A stretch of 64,000 nucleotides of DNA, from NCBI GenBank assembly GCA_025201805.1, contig MU619312.1, positions 73,676 through 137,675 on the forward strand, in the 5' to 3' direction. This stretch comes from Parasitella parasitica NRRL 2501. Its lineage: Eukaryota; Fungi; Mucoromycota. The notes beneath the pieces were generated by a model, which searched no databases, was not told where the DNA came from, and was given only the letters and a program-made list of their open reading frames with translations. This document shows positions 53,628 through 64,000 of this stretch, piece by piece. Position 1 is the first letter of the stretch, and each line of letters opens with the position of its first letter. The position numbers and the translations under genes were made by a program.

Positions 53628-54062
53628 TTGATCTGCCATAATGTAGGTTAGGAGATCATGATAGTGTACTTCAATTAAAGATTGGAGATTGTCCAATGAT
53701 GTGTTGTTATACTGGTCGAAACAGGAGAATAAAGTCTTTGGTTCAAATCAGGAAGGTTATCTGTAACACAGATCTGTAGTATGATTGACAAACAATAAGG
53801 TACTGTCAGATCAAAGATCAATAACCTTGTAGTATAATAATATATCGTACCCTGTTAAGGATATGATGTTGCTTGCAAATTATTCTTATCGATTACTATC
53901 GACTAGTATTTTAAATAAGTCACCAAAAATTTATGTTGTTGTAAAAAGTATAAATAGCAGATGCAAAGTTGAATCTTTAATAAAGTAATCTCAAGTTTTC
54001 GTATCTCGTTAATTCAACGTTTTATATTATACTTTTCTTATTTCGATCTTGCAGATCTCAAC
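53628..54062 (+). mobile_element. LTR family B (5' LTR of a gypsy-like element)
   Basis: TATAAAT box and AATAAA are present. Ends GCAGATCTCAACA and is followed by gag. Homologous to 59185-59382. Confidence 0.7.
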
Positions 54063-54135
54063 ATTTTTTTTAACGGTCTAATTCGGATTCTATACTTTAT
54101 TTTTATTATTTACTACTATCAAATTTTTTTAACAA

Positions 54136-55567
54136 ATGTCTACTACTGGTTCTGTTCCTTCTTCTCCTCTTGGTGTTGCCTCTCGTGCTTCTTTGGGCTT
54201 TGAAGAAGCTCTTGCAGCTCTGAATTTTGAGCTCAAGGAATTGGGTATCAAGGTAGCTACTGCTGGAAACAGGCCTGCTTCTGAGGTTGATCCCTGGGTG
54301 GCCGAGTTGCAAGTCAAAAAGGCTAGGTACTTGGAGTTGCGAGAGCTCGCCGGACTCACCGGTTCTCCTTCGTCTGTTGTGTTGCCTTCTTCTGTTGGTT
54401 CTGCTTCTGCTACCAACAACATGTACAGTATCTGGTTCCAAGTGGGTTACCCTATTTCCAGTGGGAGGGTGTCATTTCTGACATCAAGCAAACTGTTTTT
54501 GCTGATTTGGATGCTTGTTTGTTGCGCTTTGAAGATGTTCTTCAGAGTCATGATTTGGACTTTGATGTCCATTGGTCTCGTCTGCTTCCCCGCTGTCTTG
54601 GTGCAGATCTCCGTGAATGGCTCATCGAATATCAGAGGGTTACGTTGGGTGAAACGCTAACCTGGGAGGTTATCAAGGCTGCTATGATGTTACGTTATGG
54701 CGTCCCCAAGGAACAGCTTCGCTTGCCGAGAATTCGTGCTTTTCTGAATTGCACTATTTGAAATGACGAGGATGTGGATTCGTTCTTGGAGCGATTCAAG
54801 AAGCTGAAGGTCAAGGCCGAGACCACTGACCCGTATGTCATCTGTATGGTGCTGTTTGATGCTTTCCCTGTTTCTTTTCGTGATGTTGTTTCTGTGGCGA
54901 TGTCTCAGGTGTCCAAGAAGAAGTTCTACGACCCTGAGTACATGGTCAACGTCTTGCGCCGTATCGCACATTCTGTGGATACCAAGAACGGCACTTTGGT
55001 TCCTAACGGCTTAAAAAACCGTAAGCGTGGCTTGGCAGAGAATGAGGAGCATTCTCATGGTGAGGGTTCTGGCAAGGACAGCAAGAAGTCGAAGTGGGCT
55101 CCTGGTGGTGCTGGAGGTGCTAGTGGTTCTGGTGGTTCCTCTGTTGGTGTAGGTGGCAGGCCCACTGGTAAACGTTGCTGGAAGTGCAACTCCAACAATT
55201 GGTCTCGCCAGCATGTTTGTAACACTGGCATCAAGTCCAAGGAGCCGTCGAAGGTGTTGCGTGTGTTGTCTTCTCCTTCTGTTGACACTGCTGTCAATCT
55301 TGCTGTTCTTTCTGCTGCTGCTGGGTCTCGTAGTGGTGTTTCGTCTGCTTTTGCAGGTGATGTCTTTTCGTCTGATGAGGACGATGTTTCTTCTGGGTTG
55401 GCTCTGGATGAGCCAATGGAAGATGTTGTTGGTCTTGGTGACCTGGAGGGTAGAGCTTCTACCCTCGTTTCGACAATGGCCAAAGTTTCGGTCAGAGATG
55501 ATGCTGCTGCGATTACAGCTTTGAATGCTCAGGATTGTAAGTTTGACGTAAGATTTAGTGCGGCTCC
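54136..55567 (+). pseudogene. LTR-retrotransposon gag, decayed; pol deleted
   Basis: HDLDFDVHWSRLLPRCL...W..IK, DSFLERFKKLK and zinc knuckle CWKCNSNNWSRQHVC. Frameshift near 54420 and stop at 54759-61. Confidence 0.8.
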
Positions 55568-56263
55568 AGCGTCGCTACAATGTGGCGCCCTCGATCTGAC
55601 ATAGGGACGCTCCAATTCAGAGATCTCACTTTCAGCCAACAAGAAGGAAACCTCATAGGTCTTACAATCATTAGCCGAGCGCCCAAGGAAACCTATTCGA
55701 AGAGCTCAAAGTTAGGGGTCATTGAGGACGAAGAAATCTGCCCAGTGCGCACATTGTTCATCTTTGTCGCACAGTCCAAAACCTTGCGTTCTGGCCTCCC
55801 AGAGGATCACACCTTGTTCTTGGCTAATATTAAATCAACCGAGAGCTGCCGCTCCATTCGACCATCTACTGCAGCTTGCTGGTTAACAAACATCAAGCAC
55901 GAAGCGGGAGTAAACACTAACATCTTCAAGGCGCACTCTCTGCGATCCGCTTCAAGCACCAAAGCAGTCGAAAAGGGCATTCCCATCCAAAAGGTCAAGG
56001 AACACGCAAACTGGTCTCTATCGGCAACCACTTTTGAAAAATACTATTAAAAACCGACAAACCAGCATGCGCGTGGGTCTCAAATCTCTACGCAACTCTT
56101 TGATGACAATACTGAGAAGAGAACCACATCCGATGTCGGAGTGGAGGCAACCACAATTGTGTGTCGTTCCTAACACAATTGTGGTTCTGTTGCCGAAACG
56201 AAGGCTGAGGATGCGGTGGGATCCCGCCGCAAGAGACTGTGGAGTGCTTTCTCTTTTTTCTGA
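55568..56263 (+). pseudogene. DIRS tyrosine recombinase, C-terminal catalytic half
   Basis: ATMWRPRSDIG (catalytic R), ICPV, FKAHSLRSASST (HxxR), HANW and FEKYY (catalytic Y). Premature stops at 56048 and 56171. Confidence 0.9.
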
Positions 56264-57713
56264 ATAGATAGTTGTATTTGTTTCCCTCCCTCTTTCCCAC
56301 CACACTCATCAAAAGAGTTGGGTGCTAGCTTCAAGGTATAAAGGGAACAGGATAAAAGTTTATTATATATTTATATTGAAAATAAAGCGTGGCTTGAGAG
56401 CCTATAACCACATCCTCAGTCTTCGTTTCGGCAACAGAACCATTCTCGGTATCTGTCTTTGCTGTCGAGATATTGCGAAAACCAGATTTTGCAAATTTTC
56501 AAGATTTCACAGCATATGTTCCTATTACAAACACCAAATTTTGTAATTAAATCATGTTCGAGTTTATAGGTAAAGTAATAAAAAAGCACGTTTTGTTACA
56601 CCTACCGGTATTGAACATGTCTTAGTGAAGCTCGTATTCGACAAGCTTGAGCCAATTTTGTCTTTTAAAGCTAAACTTTGTCTGCGTGTTTCTCAAGAAA
56701 CTACTAAGACACTTTAATTTTAGTTATTATCAAAATCTTTCAAAAACTTGATTTTCTACTAGATGTATTAGTTTTTAGATATAAATGTAGAAAAAAATAT
56801 TTTTTCATATGTTTTTAGCAGAGGCTGGATTTATTTTCATAACTTTCAAAGCAATAGATGGTATTCAAAATACATGATATAGCAATAAAAACATAGAGCT
56901 ACAAAATAGCTACGGAATGATTTTTGTTTTGTTAAAAAATTTCAATTTTGAGCGAGATAATGGCGAAAAACACTATGGTTTTTTAAACTTTTAAATGGCT
57001 TTATTTTGGCCCTGTTAGTCTAGGGAGGAAAAATCGTAGATTGAATCTGGTCGAGGTAAGAATTTGATTATTGGCAGAGATAATAAAGCTATAGTTGTGA
57101 ACAAGATAGTAATGTGCAGGTATTGACACGATGGTTTGTTTGGTCAAGTTTATAAAGCTGAAAGTGCTCAAAATACGTTTGCTTTTACTCAAAAACTATC
57201 AAAAAATGCGTTTTTCGGATATTTGAAAATCGGTAATAAGAAAAAGTGTTTATATAGCCCTGTCATCTATACGGTTAGATGCAGAATTCATTTTTTGTTA
57301 TAAAACACTTAGTACACATATTCAATATACCTATTACGTTTTTGAGCTATCCAGCAATAAACTAATGCAAAAATTCTTCAATTCTGGTTTGGGTCAAATG
57401 GAAACACACCGCTGGGATTGAATTTACAGCCTCTTTTCTCACTGTAAATGAGAACACCGCCTATTTTCAATTGAAGAGCAAAGGCTGATTCTTTTAGGTA
57501 ACTTTGGTATGACTCAATATAAATCGATAGCTAAGATATTGTATAAGACGGGTTCAAAAACCATTTTTATATACCTTCATTTTTGAATGAAATAAATACC
57601 ACTAAATCTAAAGCATTACCTTTTTCTCCGCTAAAAGACCCAAGTTGAAATCTCTGATATCTTTACAAGCTATTAAGCGATAGAGACACAAACTTCAGCC
57701 AAAATCTTCTTTT

Positions 57714-57772
57714 TGTTGGATCAAAAAGATAATAAAAAAACCAAAGGTTAACGAGATACGAAAACTAAAGAT
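57714..57772 (-). mobile_element. LTR 3' end (B-related family), runs into gap
   Basis: Reverse complement of 59325-59382; ends GATCCAACA. Confidence 0.75.
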
Positions 57773-59184
57773 NNNNNNNNNNNNNNNNNNNNNNNNNNNN
57801 NNNNNNNNNNNNNNNNNNNNNNNNNNNNNNNNNNNNNNNNNNNNNNNNNNNNNNNNNNNNNNNNNNNNNNNNNNNNNNNNNNNNNNNNNNNNNNNNNNNN
57901 NNNNNNNNNNNNNNNNNNNNNNNNNNNNNNNNNNNNNNNNNNNNNNNNNNNNNNNNNNNNNNNNNNNNNNNNNNNNNNNNNNNNNNNNNNNNNNNNNNNN
58001 NNNNNNNNNNNNNNNNNNNNNNNNNNNNNNNNNNNNNNNNNNNNNNNNNNNNNNNNNNNNNNNNNNNNNNNNCATTGTCATGATCTTCTGTCTATAATTA
58101 TGGCAGATCACTTTTTTTGCACCTTTCTACAATGTATGATGCAAGTTTCATGCATCTCTAACCATTTTTCAGATTTTGCTATGTTTGGACCCAAAACCTC
58201 GTATTTGATTTCTAATTTTCAACTATGGGTCAACCTTCAGGGTCATTTTTAGGTAGTGATTTGGGGTCCAAGCCAAGTATGCATCCAAGTTTTGGTGTGA
58301 TGACTGTACATTGTTGTATCCATATAAAGGCTACATATGTCATATCTAACTTAGTCATAATGCACGGATCATGATATTAATTGTTGGTAATTCTTTTACA
58401 AATAAGGAATAAGCTACAAGTTGTNNNNNNNNNNNNNNNNNNNNNNNNNNNNNNNNNNNNNNNNNNNNNNNNNNNNNNNNNNNNNNNNNNNNNNNNNNNN
58501 NNNNNNNNNNNNNNNNNNNNNNNNNNNNNNNNNNNNNNNNNNNNNNNNNNNNNNNNNNNNNNNNNNNNNNNNNNNNNNNNNNNNNNNNNNNNNNNNNNNN
58601 NNNNNNNNNNNNNNNNNNNNNNNNNNNNNNNNNNNNNNNNNNNNNNNNNNNNNNNNNNNNNNNNNNNNNNNNNNNNNNNNNNNNNNNNNNNNNNNNNNNN
58701 NNNNNNNNNNNNNNNNNNNNNNNNNNNNNNNNNNNNNNNNNNNNNNNNNNNNNNNNNNNNNNNNNNNNNNNNNNNNNNNNNNNNNNNNNNNNNNNNNNNN
58801 NNNNNNNNNNNNNNNNNNNNNNNNNNNNNNNNNNNNNNNNNNNNNNNNNNNNNNNNNNNNNNNNNNNNNNNNNNNNNNNNNNNNNNNNNNNNNNNNNNNN
58901 NNNNNNNNNNNNNNNNNNNNNNNNNNNNNNNNNNNNNNNNNNNNNNNNNNNNNNNNNNNNNNNNNNNNNNNNNNNNNNNNNNNNNNNNNNNNNNNNNNNN
59001 NNNNNNNNNNNNNNNNNNNNNNNNNNNNNNNNNNNNNNNNNNNNNNNNNNNNNNNNNNNNNNNNNNNNNNNNNNNNNNNNNNNNNNNNNNNNNNNNNNNN
59101 NNNNNNNNNNNNNNNNNNNNNNNNNNNNNNNNNNNNNNNNNNNNNNNNNNNNNNNNNNNNNNNNNNNNNNNNNNNNNNNNNNNN

Positions 59185-59382
59185 TATAACCTCATATCGT
59201 ACCCTGTCAAGTAGATTGTCACTGTGAATTAGTCTTGTCAATTAGTAATCTAAATAAGTCACCATAAATTTATGTAGTTGTAAAAAGTATAAATAGCAGA
59301 TGCATTTTCGATCTTAAATAAAGTATCTTTAGTTTTCGTATCTCGTTAACCTTTGGTTTTTTATTATCTTTTTGATCCAACA
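59185..59382 (+). mobile_element. LTR 3' part (B-related family), emerging from gap
   Basis: Shares ATATCGTACCCTGT, TAAATAAGTCACCA, GTAAAAAGTATAAATAGCAGATGCA and GTTTTCGTATCTCGTTAA with 53840-54062; ends in CA. Confidence 0.8.
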
Positions 59383-61185
59383 AACGGGAACATTTTTTAG
59401 AGCCAAAAAAAGTGCTTATCGAGCTAGGTTAAGGTGATAAATGTGCTCAAGCGAGAACATAAATTGAAACATCTTAAATGATCACATTTTTATGCTTAAA
59501 TGAGCACATAAATCACTAGTTTCATAGGCTTAAAATTACGCTCAAAAGGCTTGAAAAAATGTGCTCATGAAGCGAAAATGTGCCCGTACACTCAAAAAAA
59601 TGTGCTCAAAAAAGTAAAATTTGAGTATAAAAATGTAGCTGTAGCTTTTATTTTTTTCTCAATTTTTGTAGTATGGACCAGTACTTTATTATTGCTTTCA
59701 TTTCATATCGTTACATACAATACTGTCTTGATTATGTAGCCTTTGGTTCACACAGGCAATGATGGAAAACAGTGCAAGGTTAGCTATTACCCGATTTGAA
59801 ATTGAAGCGGCCGCTGAGGTATTTGCTATATACAAGAAAAGTGCATGAGTATAATAAATTTTGTTGACGACAGTAAGAAATAGCCACCTATATTAATTGT
59901 GAAAAGAAATGATACACTAGATCATATAAAATACTCGAAAAAAGAAGCAAGGAGGCAGCATCTTGAAAAAAAGTAGCAAGGTTTAGCTTCATAACTTCTA
60001 GAATCCAGGGCAAAAATGAGCAACAAACCTCTCATATTATCGTACATGTTCAGATACTGAGCACAAAATTACACCTGTAGTATGCCTAAATAATAGAAGA
60101 AATCTAATTTTAGTGTATATTAATAAAGCAAAAGAAGCAAGCCAAAAATTACTCAAAACTACCTTGACATTGACACCCAAACGGCGTAGTAGTATAATGC
60201 AAAAACAATTTTCATACATAGCATCATCTTTAGCTATTGCCTATATTCAGCAGTAAAAGTAGTCAATCATTTAGTTGCTACAAACAATTTAATGCAAATA
60301 GCAACACCATGCTCTCATATGAAAGATTAAACTGAGTAGAGCCTCTATATATTATTGACAAAAGGATTAATAGTTTGTTAGAATAAACTCGAATACATAC
60401 ACCATGATAATAGCAATACATAAAATATGTAGCGTATCATTTCTTCTTACCAAGCTATACTGCAAGCTTTTTCTTTATAATGAAAAAGAAGCTATAATTT
60501 CTTGTGATGAAACTACAGATACGTGAAGAAGATGTTATTACTCTGTATAATGTATTTATATTTGGCACAAATATGCTAACGTTGTATGTTTTTTAAGTTA
60601 AAATACCAGTTCATAAAGTAGTAAAAAGATAGATAAAACAAAAGAAAAAGGCCAAGGAGAGCTAACAAAGAAGCTAAAATATGCAATGTTTTGGGCTAAG
60701 CGTGCAGAAAGAAGCCAATGGAAAAACACCGCTACAAGAGGTCATCTCAACATTTGAAAGCAAACATGTACAAACAAAATATATACTTTATTCAAGTATA
60801 TTGCTACTGGTGCAAGCATTATTACCACCAGCGTCTTCTTCAACATCTTGAACAACACTTTGGTTAGAAACAGGTATTTCTTCGTCACTTTTTGCTTTCA
60901 GATGAACATTTGTATGATCACGTGCGAGCATAAATAAACTTTTACTCAAAACAGATGCGATCTCTGGAATGCAATATTTCAACGAATATTTGGTAGCAAA
61001 TGTTACTACTACCCGCACAAAAAAAAACCGAAATGTCTCAGAAATAATATTATATCATTAAAAATGAGCTATCTCAACTTTTTTTTATAAACGCACATTC
61101 TGTGGCAAAATTATTTAAGTTCTCACAAGCACATAAATACTCCCATGACCCTAATAATGTTCCCATTTGAGCACATTTATGTTCA
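59383..61185. mobile_element. Probable decayed DNA transposon with subterminal TGTGCTCA repeats
   Basis: ATAAATGTGCTCAAGCGAGAACAT (59437-59460) is inverted against ATGTTCCCATTTGAGCACATTTAT (61157-61180). Several TGTGCTCA-like units occur in 59410-59630. No transposase motif recognised. Confidence 0.45.
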
Positions 61186-61187
61186 CC

Positions 61188-62947
61188 GAGAACATCCAGG
61201 AGGCCATAGTGAAGTAAAGAACGTGGAAGCGGACCAGTTATCCAGGAAGGCCATCCCGTTGTACGAACAACATCTCCCGCAGTGGATCTTCAAGGACCTA
61301 CAACAGTATTGGGGACCGATCAAGCTAGATGCATTCGCCACACGCGAGAACAAGAAAGTCAAGAGGTACTACAGTTATCTACCGGATCCGGAAGCAATGG
61401 CCGTAGATGCGCTACAGCAAAAGTGGCCGAAAGAGGACGTCTATTGTTACCCACCATGGAAGCTAATTCCCAGGGCCTTGCACCTGATAAAAGCACAACG
61501 ACTGAAGAAGTTAGTACTAGTGACCCCATGGTGGCCAACTCAGTTCTGGTATCCAATAATTTTGCAAATGAGAAGGTTAGCACCTCCAATACATTATCAC
61601 CACAAGTCTTTGAATTTGGTCCCTTGGATGTTATCCGGAAGGCAAGAGAGAATTAAGGCCTAAGCCCTGACGAAACTGCTTATGTAGACGAATGTATTCG
61701 AGAAAGTACAGCCAAGACGTACGATAACGGTTGGACAAAATGGGTCCAGTGGTGTCTTCAACAGGAAGTGGATTGTTGCGAATATTACGTGAATCAATTA
61801 CTTCTTCGATTTTTTATTCATCAAAAGGACTATAGCAGTCAACATCTCAACACAATACGTTCTTCGATTGCTTCCGTATTCAAGTATGTACATCCCCAAA
61901 AACCGGCAATTGCTTCCAACGTACGAATCCAAGAGACGAAAGACAGTGAAAGGACCTTCAATTTTTCAATTGGAAACGTGGAACACAGATATTCTGGTAA
62001 ATTACATCAAGAAGACATGGAGTGTCAATGAAGACTTAAGTTTATTAGAGAACTTACAACTGAAGACGATGACCTTGTTATGCTTAGCGACGATGGCAAG
62101 ACCACGCTCGGATTTGGAAAGACTACGCACAGAGGATATCATTTTTTGTTAGTCCTCGGACAATCGCATTACCGGCGTGATTCTACATTTCAGAGAAGCA
62201 AAAGAAACACAAGTAAAATCGGTCACTTTGGGGATAAGCGAGGACAGGGCGGTATGCCCAGTGATTACTTTGGAATGCTTCATGACAAACACGGCTACAC
62301 TAAGAATTCGTTTATCAGGAGATCATACTTTGTTCTTAGCATATATTTCGGATCAGGAGAAGGTGGCCTCGGTTAGACCAACTACTTTATCGAACTGGCT
62401 GAAGGGAGTAATGCACCAGGCTGGTACTGACAAGAATTACGAGCCACATTCAATCAGGTCAGCCGCGAGTACAAAAGCTGTTAAAAGAGGGAACAGTATA
62501 ATGGCTGTGAAGAAACATGCAAATTGGAGTCTCAATACAAATACATTTGAATCTTTTTATTACAAACCGTCAGCCGCAGACTCTACCAGTACCAGGATCA
62601 CAAATTCAATTTTAACATCTGAAAACCATATCACATTAGGAGCTGAAGCGGAGGAAACTGAGATTGTTATATGTACGATCAACAATCAAGACGTTTCCGA
62701 AGCGAAAGCGAATAATGTGATAAATGCACACCCTTGGTATAAGTTTTGGTAATTTCGTTTAGTTTATTATGATGATCCCTCCCGAAAAAAAAAAAAAAAA
62801 AAAATTGAATTTATTACTATTAGCTAGCATTGAAAGATATAAGGGAAAGAAGGGTTTTATTGGTTTATCATATTTATAGTAAAAATAAAGCGTGGCTCTG
62901 AGAGCATTTATCACATTATTTGCTTTCGCTTCGGAAACGTCTTGATT
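61188..62947 (+). mobile_element. DIRS retrotransposon 2, 3' half (RNase H end, DAM-like methyltransferase domain, tyrosine recombinase, ICR, right ITR)
   Basis: KNVEADQLSR (RNase H), WGPIKLDAFA...YCYPPWKLIP...PWWPTQFW (MT), and ATMARPRSD...PHSIRSAAST...HANW..FESFYYKP (YR). 62684-62727 is complementary to the right end, which stops at ATT (62945-47). Confidence 0.92.
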
Positions 62948-63098
62948 TTTGAGCGAAAAAATGTCGAAAAACAAAATTGATTTTTAACCTTGAATAGCTT
63001 TATTTTGGCCCTCTAATCATAGGGCCGGAGAATTGTAGATTCCTTTTGGTCTAGAATAATACCATCCCTAATTTTTGTTCATACATTAAACTATGAAA

Positions 63099-64000
63099 AA
63101 TCAGACTTTTTTCAGACTCCTTTCAAGGCACATCTTTCCCTTAGGACTACTCATGGATTGTGTTAAAAACTATTTAATCGCAAATTTAGCGAAAAAAAAA
63201 GATGTTTAATCACGCAACAATGCTAGACAAATTTATTTATATAGACCTCAGGTACCATATAATATCTTGAAATAAAAACTTCCATACACAAAAATGGCAT
63301 TTTAACCTAAAAAAAAAAATCTCGGTTTTTCTGTTTTATCCGTTAATTTTTCAATATAATTCACTTTGATCTTTGCACGGTTAGATAGAGCACGGACTCT
63401 TGTATCAATGTACTGTATTATGCTTGGAGACTTCTGATGAATTTGGCTTCAAATATGCAATCAAAGAGTTTCGACATTGATTTTTTGGTCAACTGAACCA
63501 TTCTGAACAAAAAAATGCGCTTCCTTTTTTAAATTCAGCTTCGTGCTCAATCAAAAAAGCTTTTTGAGGTACCACTTGTAACTATACTACCATGATAAAC
63601 CGGCATAGAATTTTCTCCATTTTTAAAGATCAGTACTAAGAGATAGATCAGAATCTGTATATTTTGCATAAACAGTAATACTAATAAAAAGCTCAGCATA
63701 TGTTATTACCGTAATATTTTCGAAATGATACTACTGCATGTTGTAATTTTGTCAATTTTAGTTTTTTGTACTGAGTGTGGAATCGGTATAAATTGTTATA
63801 TGGATTCACGGAAAAAAATTATAATAAAAAAACAATAAAGTCAACTTGATAAAGGTATAATAGGTTTTATTATCAAATCGACAAGTGTATAAAGCTCCGG
63901 TTCATCTACTGGCCAGGTAGATGAACCTTTATATACTTAAACTGTGGATAAATGTTCTATTCTCGCAATTTAACATGTACGACAATACTGCGTAACTAGC
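63099..64000. repeat. Right arm of inverted duplication, including LTR-A 5' part (63776-64000)
   Basis: Reverse complement of 51143-52043, with the same LTR insertion point (CTGAG|TGTGGAAT). Confidence 0.95.

Larger units (their letters stand above)
52041..56444 (+). mobile_element. DIRS1-type tyrosine-recombinase retrotransposon 1 (decayed, interrupted, internally deleted)
   Basis: Left ITR 52041-~52171 is inverted against right ITR ~56332-56413. The ICR at 56122-56217 is complementary to both termini. Terminal ATT at both ends. Gag-like, RT N-terminal and YR ORFs are present. Confidence 0.92.

Noticed and set aside
57695-59241. Long X-filled ORFs
   Set aside because: Artefacts of N gaps (57773-58072, 58425-59184).
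46432-64000. Mucor-type point/regional centromere call
   Set aside because: No LINE (Grem-LINE1-like) ORFs were recognised and I cannot verify the centromere motif by eye; only gene absence supports it.

Overview
Eukaryotic, AT-rich fungal DNA with many short spliceosomal introns. The gene and transposon content points to Mucorales (inference). Positions 1-46.4 kb are gene-dense: DDX21-like helicase, Nudix ADP-ribose pyrophosphatase, CENP-O, HIRIP3-like, F-BAR RhoGAP, DHA1 MFS transporter, bHLH and C2H2 transcription factors, LMBD1-like, Dopey, NOB1, Rad1-like, LYS1, a divergent eIF1, a secreted 3D-domain protein, RTG2-like and a TRP/FLC-like protein. This stretch also holds a decayed MULE and, most notably, a non-autonomous TA|CAGT...ACTG|TA (Tc1/mariner-type) element at 41312-43554 carrying a decayed, intron-containing Fanzor1 (TnpB-like RNA-guided nuclease). 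Its 3' end, where the omega RNA should lie, has a splice donor and a perfect TACTAAC branch point but no acceptor AG inside the element. That suggests the spliceosome may release the guide RNA (hypothesis). Positions 46.4-64 kb lack host genes and form a nested transposon graveyard: two DIRS tyrosine-recombinase retrotransposons with readable ITR/ICR structure, LTRs of at least two families, a gag remnant, and a ~900 bp, ~99% identical inverted duplication. Exon boundaries were read by eye and no database searches were run.
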